A stretch of 64,000 nt of DNA from Macrostomum lignano (Eukaryota), in the NCBI GenBank assembly GCA_002269645.1, contig NIVC01000419.1, positions 186,001 through 250,000 on the forward strand, given 5' to 3'. The position numbers and the translations under genes are program-made. Numbering within the stretch: the first letter of the stretch is position 1; the number at the start of each line of letters is the position of its first letter. The notes under the pieces are model-generated. The model saw nothing but the letters and a program-made list of their open reading frames with translations, was not told the origin of the DNA and did not search any database. This document shows, one piece after another, positions 49,367 through 64,000 of the stretch.

Positions 49367-51060
49367 GATTGAATTCCCCAAATATTCTTATTGAATTACC
49401 CAAAGATTCTTATCGAATTCCCCAACGATTCTTATTCAATTCCCCAAAGATTTTTATTGAATTACCCAAAGATTCTTATTGAATTCCCTAACGATTCTTA
49501 TTCAATTCCCCAAAGATTTTTATTGAATTCCCCAAAGATTTTTATTGAATTCCCCAACGATTCTTATTCAATTCCCCAAAGATTTTTATTGAATTACCCA
49601 ATGATTCTTATTGAATTCCCCAAAGATTCTTATTGAATTCCCCAACGATTCTTATTCAATTCCCCAAATATTCTTATTGAATTCCCCAAAGATTCGTATT
49701 GAATTCCCCAAATATTCTTATTGAATTACCCAAAGATTCTTATTGAATTCCCCAACGATTCTTATTGAATTCCCCAAAGATTCGTATTGAATTCCCCAAA
49801 GATTCGTATTGAATTCCCCAAATATTCTTATTGAATTACCCAAAGATTCGTATTGAATTCCCCAACGATTCTTATTCAATTCCCCAAAGATTCTTATTGA
49901 ATTCCCCAACGATTCTTATTGAACTCCCCAATAATTTTTATTGAATTCCTCAAGGGTTCTTATTGAATTCCCAAAAGATTCTTATTGAATTCCCCAAGAA
50001 TTCTTATTGAATTCCCAAAAGATTCTTATTGAATTCCCCAAGAATTCTTATTGAATTCCCAAAAGATTCTTATTGAATTCTCCAATAATTCTTATTGAAT
50101 TCCCCAAAGATTCGTATTCAATTCCCAAAGATTTTTATTGAATTCCCCAACGATTCTTATTCAATTCCTCAAAGATTTTTATTGAATTCCCCAACGACTC
50201 TTATTGAATTCCCCAAAGATTTTTATTGAACACCCCAACGATTCTTATTCAATTCCACAAAGATTTTTATTGAATTCCCCAACGATTCTTATTCAATTCC
50301 CCAAAGATTTTTATTGAATTACCCAAAGATTCTTATTGAATCCCCCAACGATTCTTATTGAATTCCCCAACGATTCTTATTCAATTCCCCAAAGATTCTT
50401 ATTGAATTCCCCAACGATTCTTATTGAATTCCCCAAAGATTCTTATTGAATTACCCAATAATTTTTATTGAATTCCTCAAGGGTTCTTATTGAATTCCCC
50501 AAAGATTCTTATTGAATTCCCCAATAATTTTTATTGAATTCCTCAAGGGTTCTTATTGAATTCCCAAAAGATTCTTATTGAATTCCCCAAGAATTCTTAT
50601 TGAATTCCCCAAGAATTCTTATTGAATTCCCCAAGAATTCTTATTGAATTCCCCAAGAATTCTTATTGAATTCCCAAAAGATTCTTATTGAATTCTCCAA
50701 TAATTCTTATTGAATTCCCCAAAGATTCGTATTCAATTCCCAAAGATTTTTATTGAATTCCCCAACGATTCTTATTCAATTCCTCAAAGATTTTTATTGA
50801 ATTCCCCAACGACTCTTATTGAATTCCCCAAAGATTTTTATTGAACACCCCAACGATTCTTATTCAATTCCCCAAAGATTTTTATTGAATTCCCCAACGA
50901 TTCTTATTCAATTCCACAAAGATTTTTATTGAATTCCCCAACGATTCTTATTCAATTCCACAAAGATTTTTATTGAATTCCCCAACGATTCTTATTCAAT
51001 TCCCCAAAGATTTTTATTGAATTCTCCAAAGATTCCTATTAAATTCTTCAAAGATTCTCA
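49367..51060. repeat. 22-bp minisatellite ATTGAATTCCCCAAAGATTCTT, ~77 copies, in the spacer between copies A and B
   Basis: Period 22. A ~615-bp block duplication is marked by variants near 50109 and 50724. Confidence 0.95.
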
Positions 51061-51616
51061 CAAAAATTCTAACGATTAATGATGATTTTTTAGATTTTTA
51101 TTTAAATTTTAGACTCCTAAAAACTCCCGCTTCTAAACAGATCCCCAGAAACCTCTGAGCACGACAGCTTCGCTGGAACCACCTGGATGTGGAACCAGCA
51201 TCAGGAGCTCAATTAAAAATAATGACGCCACTGACAGCTGCACCTCATCCACAATCACCACTTTGAAGAAGCATCCCACCAATCAGCCACCCCTCCCTCA
51301 TAATGATGCAAGGCTCCTCACGGGCAGTCTGTATCGATGACTTTCAACCGCTGTACCAAGATTTTAGAGCCTACACGGAATACTGATCTAGCAGCTCTGG
51401 GTACGAGCAGAACTTTTACACGAATAGTTCAACGCGATAACGCAATAGACACTCTGGTCCGGTAAAAGTCGTGGGTTTAATTCCTTGTGTGCAATCACAT
51501 GGGAGGATTTTTGGTTTTTATTGCGGTTCACGTCCCCCCCCGCCCCAGAGTGTCCAGACGTCTGATGATCTGATGATAAAATCAGATACACAAATACACA
51601 GGATCACTGTATCTCA

Positions 51617-51986
<370 letters not shown>

Positions 51987-51992
51987 GTGTTA

Positions 51993-54900
51993 CTGTCTGT
52001 GTGTTTACTTGGACCTTTCGTCGGTTCAGTTGCCGCATTAGCTGGACCTTTCGGTTTAGGTGGACAGCGTAGGTGGACCACCGAATATTTTTGCTCCAGA
52101 CAACGTTGAGTGGTTTATAAGGACCACAAAACAGAGCAATGGATGTCAGGAATGAGTGCCGCAAAGCGCAACATTAAACGGCATTCATGTTCAGAAAAAA
52201 ATGCATTTCAGTTTACATGGACTTTTTGCGATGTCCACCTAAACCGGGTCTGAAAGGTCCAGCTAAACAAAAATTGTCAATGAAAATTTCTGAATTTGTC
52301 TGTTGCAGTCTGTTTCAGTCTGTTTCAGTCTGTTTCAGTCTGTTGGCAATTAACCTTTTTACAACATCTTTTACGCCAAAAAAGTAATCTATTTAATTTC
52401 CGTGATCTTAAATTAGGCACACACGGCTTTGTTGAGCTTTCTTCAAAGCCTTCCCACGGTTTTGTGGCCGAAAAATATTCGAATGACGGTTCCTTTATCA
52501 CGTTAGCTGCTGATAGTAGTTTAAATGGATATTGTATCCTATAGGCCTATCGACTTTCCTTCTTTTAGATTCCTTTTGATATTTGATATTTATAAAAGTG
52601 TCGAACCACAATAAGAAATAATCCTGGTGGAGAGTTTCGGCCTTTAGAAGAAGGTTCTGCTCTCAGATCCCTGTTTAGGGGCGGGGAAGCACCAAACCAA
52701 GCTCAAAGCGAAGGTCTGATATTTTTCATTTTAGTTTAGCCTGGGTCCCACTAAACACAGTTGCACGCACATCAAATCGTCTGTTGAGGTCCATGTAAAC
52801 GAAACTCGAAGCGCACAACACAGTCACACAGACTAGAGCTGCATTGGTTAAGGACTGATTTCGGAGAGGTTGGTAAAAATCGGACCACCCCTACTGGGAA
52901 TGCCAGCCAATAGGAGCAGTCCAAGGGACAGACAGTCCGTCGACGAAACGAGCCGGAGGGGCAGAGCTATAAAAGTGAAAACCCTTGGTCTAGCTAAAAC
53001 AGGCTTACATGGACCACCTAATTTCTCGGATAGACTGAAACATTCAACTGAACTGTCAATAGTCAATACACGAGAAGACACGAATGTCTCGCAGGAGATA
53101 TCCCAATAACACAGAGTCCCGGAGAGGTGCAACAGTAACAGATGTTACATCAAGTGGACTGGATACCTAAGGTAAGCATAAAATTAAAATATTAAATTTA
53201 AAAGATCGACTTCCTCGCGTTCTAATTCTCTAGTAAAACCAAGCCTTTGGATTACTACGTAGCTAATAAAACAACACACGACTTTTAGATCTAACAATAC
53301 TTGGGAGCCAGTGAAAAATGTTTTCGACGACGTTCTTGAAAAATTGCATTGAAATTGCAGTAAGTACCAAAACGAAGTGTTATTTAGGATGAAAAAAATG
53401 ATTAACTTTAGTAAAGAGCTTCAATAAGAACCTACTCAATCGAAATTTCAGAAATATGTTTTCCTGCCAGACCAAAAAGCAAAATCTAGCAGGTAAGCAA
53501 ATCGGTGCACATACAACTTAAGCTGGTCCAGCTAACCTACAGACTGTACTGACACAACTGAGCCAGTCTGTTTAAGAGCCTTACAGATGGGAGGTGGAAT
53601 TCAAGTTTAGGAGGTCAAGCTAACCTACAGACTGCACTGACGCAACAGAGCCAGTCTGTTTAAGAGCCTCACAGATAGGAGGTGGAATTCAAGTTTAGGT
53701 GGTCCAGCTAGCCCTCAGACTGCACTGACGCAACTGAGCCAGTCTGTTTAAGAGCCTCACAAATGGGAGGTGAAATTCAAGTTTAGGTGGTCCAGCTAAC
53801 CTACAGACTGTACTGACGCAACTGATCTAGTCTGTTTAAGAGCCTCACAGATGGGGTGGAATTCAAGTTTAGGAGGTCCAGCTAACCTACAGACTGCACT
53901 GACGCAACTGATCCAGTCTGTTGAAGAGCCTCACAGATGGGAGGTGGAATTCAAGTCCAGGTGGTCCAGCTAACCTACAGACTGCACTGACGCAACTGAG
54001 CCAGTCTGTTTTAGAGCCTCACAGATGGGGTGGAATTCAAGTTTAGGTGGTCCAGCTAGCCCTCAGACTGCACTGACGCAACTGAGCCAGTCTGTTTAAG
54101 AGCCTCACAAATGGGAGGTGGAATTCAAGTTTAGGAGGTCCAGCTAACCTACAGACTGCACTGACGCAACTGAGCCAGTCTGTTTAAGAGCCTCACAAAT
54201 GGGAGGTGGAATTCAAGTTTAGGTGGTCCAGCTAACCTACAGACTGCACTGACGCAACTGATCCAGTCTGTTTTAGAGCCTCACCAATAGGAGGTGGAAT
54301 TCAAGTTTAGGAGGTCCAGCTAACCTACAGACTGCACTGACGCAACTGAGCCAGTCTGTTGAAGAGCCTCACAGATAGGAGGTGGAATTCAAGTTTAGGT
54401 GGTCCAGCTAACCTACAGACTGTACTGACACCAATATGCCAGTCTGTTTCAAAGTCTCAGTAGATTATCAGTTGTAAACTGTCAATCCTTAATTCTCGTA
54501 TAAATGCCAAATTTGACAGGCCCAGTCTGGAGACGGCAAGTCAGCTTTGATGCAGACGAGTGACGCAAGCAACTCCGGCAAGATATCGACCAAGACTTTA
54601 AGACCAAGAGCCATTAAGTCGACTATAGGCTGACACCTCACGTCTGGACACTTCTAAGAAGTCGGCTGAGGCACCTGAGACGCTGGTCAGTCCGGTGGAC
54701 AGACGTGTTGCCTCATCGCAGTTCAGTCATCGGACGAGATTGAATCTACTGTGGTGAGCTTGCTGCAAAAGTGTTCAGATTTGGCTTATCCTATTCTAAT
54801 TGAACTGGTCCAGCTAACCTACAGACTGTACTGACGCCACAGAGCCAGTCTGTTTTAGAGCCTCACAGATGGGGTGGAATTCAAGTTTAGGTGGTCCAGC

Positions 54901-55962
54901 TAACCTACAGACTGTACTGACGCAACTGATCTAGTCTGTTTAAGAGCCTCACAGATGGGGTGGAATTCAAGTTTAGGAGGTCCAGCTAACCTACAGACTG
55001 CACTGACACCACTATGCCAGTCTGTTTCAAAGTCTCAGTAGAATATCAGTTGTAAACTGTCAATCCTTAATTCTCGTATAAATGCCAAATTTGACAGGCC
55101 CAGTCTGGAGACGGCAAGTCAGCTTTGATGCAGACGAGTGACGCAAGCAACTCCGGCAAAATGAAGACGATTTTTTTGTGCTCAACCGCAAAAGTTTGTT
55201 TATGATGATATTGACTGCGACAGCTTGTGGCTTTCTGTGAGATGATTCCGCTATCCGTCGTAACATGTCTTGTCCGTCCGTTAAAACTTTTTTCATTTTT
55301 CAAAAATTGAGTGGAAAGTTGTTCTATTGTAATACGTGAAATTTATTAGGCAAATGTATTTATTAATTATATCGTCGTGAATCCACTTGCCTTTTGGCAC
55401 ATTTTTGGGACGTTAAGTGTGTTTCTTTAGGTTTATCATTATTCTAGTGAAAAACAAATATGACTTTTTGCTATTTAAACTTTTGCTTGGCCGTTAATTT
55501 GCACTTGTAACAATTTTTCTCGGCCTAAAAATTAGTTGCATTTGATTCATTTGTTTTTAATGGGGATGATGGTTCTTGAGTCCGGCGCAAAGTAGAACTG
55601 AATGCATTATTTTCACTTTATTACATATTGTGTATTTGGGACTTCTGTCACGGGACTTTTAGTGTTGTTTCGCGTGCTTAACAGTACTGGGTCGATAATA
55701 ATCCCAGTACTCTGCTAAATAAATGATGGTCCACCTAAACGGTGTCTTTTTGAAAGTCCACCTAAAACAGGTCCGGGCTGGTCCATCTATCCCAGTTGAA
55801 AGTGACATGCAGTTTCCACGAGATGGCTAATCTGCAGGCTAAACTGAAAGACAACCCACGCTAACTTTTCGTGTAGAGACAAAAGACACCGGTTTTATAG
55901 CGAAACTAGGTGGTCCACCTAATGCATTAACCAAACTCTGGTCCCGCTAAACACACAGACAG
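51993..55962 (-). mobile_element. Copy B of the same element (4.0 kb), inverted relative to copy A
   Basis: 51993-53520 is the reverse complement of 47118-48649, and 55155-55962 of 33885-34695, with scattered substitutions. Same termini. Confidence 0.75.
53524..55154 (-). repeat. Copy-B internal repeat: about 11 tandem 88-bp subunits plus one full large unit
   Basis: GGTCCAGCTAACCTACAGACTG recurs about every 86-88 bp from 53524 to 54400, then one constant region and 3 more subunits. Confidence 0.9.
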
Positions 55963-55967
55963 CGGTA

Positions 55968-57426
<1,459 letters not shown>

Positions 57427-58509
57427 AATAAAAAATGGTGCAATAACACAATCGGTTAGAAGTTAAAAAAGGCTACACGCAAAGAAACTAGATAAGTTGG
57501 GCCATAGTCAAGCCAACACGCAGATTCATGATAAAGAGACGGTTCTACACTATCCATATACTAAAAAATTTTACTCTAAATTTTGAAGCAGCTTATGAGA
57601 TTCATTTTAAGCTATAAGAATTGCATTTCAAATCGGTTCAAGCGGATATTCTATTCGAACAAATCATCTTTCTGAATATCCCAGTCTTTCCTCGGTTACC
57701 CTTGCTTTGTGCCGAGGTTGAAGCCGCGCATCAAGCCGATTTTATGAACCAATCACGGCACGGCTAGGTAGGTGACGTCACTCGGCTTCTAGGCACACCG
57801 GTCAAGGACAGTTCAAGGCCATTTTGTTCACAAATCACGCTCGTGATGCATGATTCTGGGCTGCATTTAAACGAGCCGATGTTTCCGTATTTTTCCATCC
57901 TTGTCGGGGTTCGTGCTGGAGCATAATCTCCTTGCCAGTACCGTAGTTCCGACATCTCCCCCCTTAAGAATTCCCGTTTTTATATTTGACACATGATCGT
58001 CTCTGATCTCCTTGGTGAATTCGAACAGTTCCGTGACCCGCCTGCTGTATAAGGTATTGCATTGCAGTATTGCTATTAACACAGCACTTAAGATTTTGCT
58101 CAGTTAGAAGTGATACATGTCAAAAGATAAACATTTTTCTCCGTATTGCATTTTTTCGGTAAGCCTGCATCCTTAAATTTTTCAAGAAACGTACTTGAGC
58201 AGTCCTTGGTTCCTTAACTGCCGGATCTTCTCATTATTAAAAGTACATGCATTTTTTGTCACATTTGCTTCTATAATTATTTACTCATTCTCAGCTTTAA
58301 ACTGCGGTAGTTTTATGCTGTATGCTGCAGATCTGGAAGAGTAGCTGAGCTACGAATAGCCCATTTGGATGAGGAAAGTTAGTTGCCAGCTTGCAGGAAG
58401 TCCTAGCGATTCCGTGTTCTAGAAGAAATTCATCCATTTGTGCAAGAGTCTCTCAATTGGTATATTGTGGTATATTGGTGTTTCTTTAGATCCAACTGTC
58501 TCTTAGTGG

Positions 58510-59410
58510 TCACCCCTGTCTCTTGGTGGGCGCCCCGATTTCTTGGTGGACTCCACTGTCCCTTGGTGGGCGCCCCTGTCTCTTGGTGGGCGCCCCTGTC
58601 TCTTGGTGGGCGCCGCTGTCTCTTGGTGGGCGCCCCTGTCTCTTGGTGGGCGCCCCTGTCTCTTAGTTGTCGCCCTTGTCTCTTCCTGGTTGCCACCCTC
58701 CATCTTCCTGGTTGCCCCCCTCTATCCTCCTGGTTGCCCCCCCCCTCTATCTTCCTGGTTGCCCGCCTGTATCTTCCTGGTTGCCTCCCTCTATCTTCCT
58801 GGTTGCCCCCCTCTATCTTCCTGATTGCCCCCCCTGTATCTTCCTGGTTGCCACCCTCTATCTTCCTGGTTGCCTCCCTCTATCTTCCTGGTTGTTCCCC
58901 TCTATCTTCCTGATTGCCCCCCCTCTATCTTCCTGATTGCCCCCCCCCTGTATCTTCCTGGTTGCCACCCTCTATCTTCCTGGTTGCCACCCTCTATCTT
59001 CCTGGTTGCCTCCCTCCATCTTCCTGGTTGCCACCCTCTATCTTCCTGGTTGCCACCCTCTATCTTCCTGGTTGCCTCCCTCTATCTTCCTGGTTGCCCC
59101 CCTCTATCTTCCTGATTGCCCCCCCCCTGTATCTTCCTGGTTGCCACCCTCCATCTTCCTGGTTGCCTCCCTCTATCTTCCTGGTTGCCTCCCTCTATCT
59201 TCCTGGTTGCCCCCCTCTATCTTCCTGGTTGCCCCCCTCTATCTTCCTGGTTGCCTCCCTCTATCTTCCTGGTTGCCCCCCCCCCTGTATCTTCCTGGTT
59301 GCCACCCTCTATCTTCCTTGTTGCCCCCCTCTATCTTCCTGATTGCCCCCCTCTATCCTCCTGGTTGCCACCCTCTATCTTCCTGGTTGCCACCCTCTAT
59401 CTTCTTGTCC
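58510..59410. repeat. 20-21-bp minisatellite with a unit switch (CCCCTGTCTCTTGGTGGGCG to CTCTATCTTCCTGGTTGCCC)
   Basis: Read directly. Confidence 0.9.
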
Positions 59411-60133
59411 TGTGTTGTTAAGTAGTCCTTGCTTCCTGGTTGACGCCCATACCCCTGTATCTTAGTCTGGCTGATGCCACGTCCAATTTTGTGTTTATCT
59501 GCTGCTTAATTTAGTTTTTGGAGGAGCGCTGCTTTTGTGTAGGCGACTGGGGGTGGGGTTTGGGTCCGCGGCCACCTGAACCCCACGAGTGCTTTGGTCA
59601 CTCCGTCACGGCGACATATTGGCGCCAGAATCCGAAGCTGGCGTTAGAACAGCGGGCGCAGGTGCTTCAACAAAATTATAAAACGGAAAATTAGCATCTA
59701 AATGGCTCGAGGTCAACAAAGTAAGCCCAGGTCACACTGTTCGATAGCTTACATAGTTACTTGATCAACTTTTTAATATTTATTATGAACAAGCGTAATT
59801 TAACAATTCAAAGTGAAAAAGACAGTTTAAGTAGCGGTTAGGCCTATTTTTATCAAATCCTTATTATATTTTACGAGCTACATTTCATAAAAAAATTTTA
59901 AGGAATTGAAGGTTCATTTTTAAATTTACTTTAGCAAAGCAGATCTTTTAGTGAAAAAAACAGTGCTTCATTACGCAGTAAAACAAAAATATTTGTTGTT
60001 CTTGTGGTAGTTTCTGGCATGAAAACTGATTACGTTCAGAAATTAGGTTTGCTTTTTTTACGTAGTTTGCCATGGACAAACCGGCATCAGATAATCAAGT
60101 AAAGTCTCGAGTTCGAATCCCGGCCCTCGCTTC

Positions 60134-60563
60134 TCAACTTGTCCACAAAGCCGGCTCGTCAATTTGTCGTTTCAATTTCTGGAAAGCTTCCAAGTTGACG
60201 TCGAGCTTAGGAGGCCGTTTGGAGGGCTCCTTGTACTTGAGCGTCATGCTGTCCCCCAACTGCTGGATGATGCGGCACTGGGCCTCAAACTCCTCCAGTT
60301 TGCGCCGATATTTCTGCTTGGTGTAGGCCGGACTGCTGGGATTGTAGGCTCTCAGGTGCAGGCCAATGTAGATGGCGGCGGAGCGGTCCTGGCTCAGGAA
60401 TGGGTACTTTGGCTTGAAGTTGGCCGCGGCTGTCATGGCGTTGCGAAGTGCATCGGCGAGCGTCTGCTCCAGGTAGCCGGGTATTGGCAGCTTTGTCACG
60501 TCAGTGGGATTCTTCAGTGGCGGCAGCTTGGCAGGCAGCTGCAGATCCCAGTACAGCTCCGGT
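60134..60563 (-). CDS. AK9: AK9 last coding exon
   Basis: CTGCAG| acceptor, phase 2 matches the previous exon. LPAKLPP, GYLEQ, KPKYPF and LRAYNP resemble the AK9 C-terminus. Ends in TGA. Confidence 0.85.
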
Positions 60564-60656
60564 CTGCAGTGCAGTTAGTTACAAATTGATAGTGGGGACA
60601 GAGACAAGAGTTCTACGTGACAAAATTCCGACATTATTTTGGGAATCGGCGTTGTT

Positions 60657-61185
60657 AGCACCCATTTTGGCACCGCAGGCACTCATTTTAGTGCCAATGG
60701 CACCCATTTTGGCACCCGCAGGCACTCATTTTAGTGCCAATGACACCCATTTTGGCACCACAGGCACTCATTTTAGTGCCAATGACACCCATTTTGGCAC
60801 CCGCAGGCACTCATTTTAGTGCCAATGACACCCATTTTGGCACCCGCAGGCACTCATTTTAGTGCCAATGACACTCATTTTGGCACCGCAGGCACTCATT
60901 TTAGTGCCAATGGCACTCATTTTGGCACCCGCAGGCACTCATTTTAGTGCCAATGACACTCATTTTGGCACCCGCAGGCACTCATTTTAGTGCCAATGAC
61001 ACTCATTTTGGCACCCGCAGGCACTCATTTTAGTGCCAATGACACCCATTTTGGCACCGCAGGCACTCATTTTAGTGCCAATGGCACTCATTTTGGCACC
61101 CGCAGGCACTCATTTTATTGCCAATGACACTCATTTTGGCACCCGCAGGCACTCATTTTAGTGCCAATGACACTCATTTTGGCGT
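60657..61185. repeat. 42/43-bp minisatellite (dimer of ~21-bp halves), ~12 copies, in the AK9 intron
   Basis: GGCACCCGCAGGCACTCATTTTAGTGCCAATGACACTCATTTT. Confidence 0.95.
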
Positions 61186-61335
61186 TGCAGCGCTACATAT
61201 TGGCGAATCGGTTCGATTATCCTACTTTAAGCAGTCTGATTAGTATAACATTTACAAAGCTAAATTGAAATAGAAACTGAAATTTGTGAATTATTATTCA
61301 TTAAAAAGTTTCGAGGTTTCGAATCGTATGCTCAC

Positions 61336-63891
61336 TTGCGCATGAAGCAGTCTCGAGCGCCTTCATCGGAGAAGCAGTACAGCCGGTCTGTGTACTCAAC
61401 CAGCAGGTCTTTGTTACCGGGCACCAGAGCTTCGTAACGCTGCTTGCCACTCAAGAAGGTGACAGGGCAATAGCCCTGCAAGTGCAGCTGCATAGGGAAC
61501 TTGGACCGCACAGCCGATTGCAACACTTTCTTTGGCAGCAAATCGTCCGTTGGCAGCAGTCTGGTGGCCAACGGCGGCACGAACTTCGCCGCGCCATCGA
61601 GGAATTTTGCCAGCTCGTTCGGGCCGGCGCACTTATAGTAGCGACCCCGGAACTCGGCCGCGTAGTTCAGACCGGGCGTCTCCGAGCAGTCGACCAGTTC
61701 GCCGTGAGCTTGCAGTCTCACCGGACAGTACTGACGGTACTCGCCCAGGCGGGCCAGGAACTCCCTGTCCGTGATGCACATGTCGGCGATGGACGCAGCC
61801 GTGTCTCGGCGCACCCTGTAGACGTACTGCTGAATGTGGGCTGTCTGCTTCTTAGCCTCAGCTAGGGCTGTCTCCCAAAGTAGCCACTTGGACTGCGTGC
61901 CATCCAGCTGGCACAGACTCCGGTGCTGCTCCCTGTACCAGTTGGCCACCGGATCGCTCTCCTTGCGATAGCAGGCCAGCTTAACGGCCAACACTTGGGC
62001 AGAGTCGTGCATTACGTAGGGCTTGTCCGTGCGCAGTCGGTCGTTGGTACCGCGAATCATGAGCTCCTGATGATCGACGTTTAATAGAAACACCTTGTGC
62101 GGCACAATGCCGTGCTGGGTGAGCAGCTTCACCTGGCGCATGCTGCATGGAAATCCATCGAATACGTAGCCCCGAACGGAGGTTCGCGTGTCCATCAGGA
62201 CGGTCTCGACAGCGCGCACGACCAGCTCCTCGGGCGCCACGCCTCCAGCCAGCAGGTGCCTATTAATCTCCTTGGCCAGTGAGGTCTTTCGCTGCTCCTG
62301 CAGTACTCGACGAAGAGCGTCTCCCGCACTGAGCCGGACGAGGCCGAGGTCCTTGGCAAATCGGCTGGCCAGGGCGGTCTTGCCGGACTTCGGCGGGCCC
62401 AGAACGGCCACTCTAATCGGGACCACCACCCGCGGGTGCTTGGCGCTGCTGTCCAGGTAGCGACGCGGGTCGGCGGCGAAGGAGTCGCGCCTGGCCGCGC
62501 TGGACATGAAGTAGACGAAGCTCTGATAGACGGCCGGGAAAGTCGGATGCGCCTCGTCGGCGAGAGGCAGAACGCAGTCGCCGTCGTACAGAGCGACTGG
62601 GCACCAGCGGCCGAAGCTGCTGAGGTGCTTGTAGCCGGTGGTGAGCAGACGGGCGGCTGTCTTTTCCGATACCGGGTAAACTCGCTCGAAGATGCTGCGC
62701 CGGTTCTCAATAAGGTAGCGCAGGCTCTTGGTGATGTAGTGGCGCACAATGTGCGGCTTCTTGCCCGACTCGACTACGAAACGCGGAATCAGCATCTCCT
62801 CCAGCACATCCTTGACAGCGTCCAGCGAGTTCAGATCGCCGTCGTACACATCGTTGATGTCGTTCTTCAGCCGATCGATGGCGTCCTCTTCAGGCTCCTC
62901 GTCCTCGTCCTCCATCTCCTCCTCCTCCTCAAACTCCTCAGCCAGGATCGCTTCGATGTCGTTGGCCTCCTCTTCCTCCTCCTCTTCTTCTTCTTCCTCT
63001 TCGTCGCCCTCCTCGATTTCACCGTCCTCGATGCGTTGCTGCCGTTCCGCTTTGCGCTGCTCCTGGCGCTCATTGCGAGCCTCCTCGTTCTCCTTCAGCA
63101 GCTCCTTGCGTCGCTTCTCCATCGCTTCTTGGCGCTTCTTCTGCGACTTCTCCTTGTTACGCTGCTTGATGTCGTTCTTCTGCTTTCGACGCTCGCGCCA
63201 TTTCTCCAGCTTAGGCGGCAGCATCCGGGCGATGATCTCCTGGTCGCCCGTGTTCAACACGATCGCTCCATCGACGAATAGGCCGGCCTCGGCGAGGAAT
63301 TGCGCCTCCTCGGCGTCCTGGGAAGCCTTCGAGCACGAATCCGATGTTCTTGAACGGTTCGCGCGCCAGAACTGCGTCAGCAGAGTCTCCAAGGACTCAG
63401 TAGTCAGCGGATCCTGCTTCTCAATGTTGTTCTTCACGTTCTCCTCCAGATCCGAGTAAGAGATTTCCTCCTCCTCGTCCGGCTCCTCCGGCGACTTCTC
63501 CGATGGCTCTTCAACCTCGACCGGCTCACCGTCGGTCCGTCACGGACGTCTCAGGCAGGTCGGGCAGCTCCTCAGGCAACTCCTCCAGCTGCTCCTCGTG
63601 ATCCGGGCCGATCCGCTTGCGCGTTTTCGGCAGCACAACTTCTTGCAGCCGGTCGCGGAAGGAGATGTGAAACAGGCCAAGTCGGCGGGCCAGCTGCTTT
63701 CCGTGCAGAGTTTTGCCCGAGCCTTTCGGACCGAGGATCAGCAGGCGAAGAGGCGGCGGCTTCAACGGCGTGTCAGTTGGCAGGAAGAGCTCTGGCTGTT
63801 CGAGGAACTTGTCTCTAGCTTCGTTGGACGCGAAATAATAGACCTTGCCGCGATACTTGGCGGCGATCTCCGGGTTGCCAGGCCACATCAC
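61336..63891 (-). CDS. AK9: Adenylate kinase 9, large exon (apparent indels near 63540 and 63319-63360)
   Basis: Two P-loops (GPKGSGKT, GPPKSGKT), VFDGFP, repeated YCPV/WCPV and YRGKVYYF (YHS-like) modules, acidic coiled coil. Boundaries TCCAG| and |GTGAGC. The rest of the gene lies beyond the right edge. Confidence 0.85.
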
Positions 63892-64000
63892 CTGGATTAG
63901 GGAATTGAGGAGGTGAAAGTGTGGGTGATGGCCCCAGATTCGAGCGTTAAAAATTGGGTGTCAAAAGGACGTCTTTTCGTCAGTTTCTTGGAAACACTCA

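Noticed and set aside
51141-51340. Plus-strand open stretch after an acceptor-like AAACAG in the spacer
   Set aside because: No recognisable protein motif and no partner exon.
59539-59665. GC-rich plus-strand exon-like segment (..YWRQNPKLALEQRAQ)
   Set aside because: Weak donor, no partner exons and no recognisable homology.
62195-63459. Antisense and alternate-frame ORFs over AK9 (likewise over TOGARAM1 exon 3 and the GPCR)
   Set aside because: Shadow ORFs of GC-rich coding sequence.

Overview
Eukaryotic animal DNA with GC-rich exons and minisatellite-packed introns. The style resembles the flatworm Macrostomum, but that is an inference. (1) 1-20523, minus strand: a TOGARAM1/crescerin (FAM179B, che-12) orthologue. 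I traced 13 exons by hand with consistent splice phases except one apparent 1-nt frameshift, and the gene runs off the left edge. (2) 30627-31871, plus strand: an intronless orphan class-A GPCR. (3) 60134-63891, minus strand: the 3' part of adenylate kinase 9 (AK9), with apparent indels. (4) 33206-57426: the most unusual region. It holds two copies of an unannotated, apparently non-coding element in inverted orientation, 2.7 kb apart. Each copy has imperfect 23-bp terminal inverted repeats and sits between two direct (ACAG)n-type microsatellites. Copy A (14.8 kb) has amplified an internal 580-757 bp unit into a 12.4-kb hierarchical satellite (88-bp subunit, then 669/756-bp unit, then ~1425-bp higher-order repeat). 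Copy B (4.0 kb) keeps one such unit but has amplified the 88-bp subunit instead. Also present are a tRNA-derived CORE-type SINE and about 21 unrelated minisatellites whose unit lengths cluster at 19-24 and 40-43 bp. Most long ORFs in the track are repeat artefacts. There is no prokaryotic system, CRISPR array or transposase ORF. All alignments, counts and homology calls were made by eye or from memory; no searches were run.
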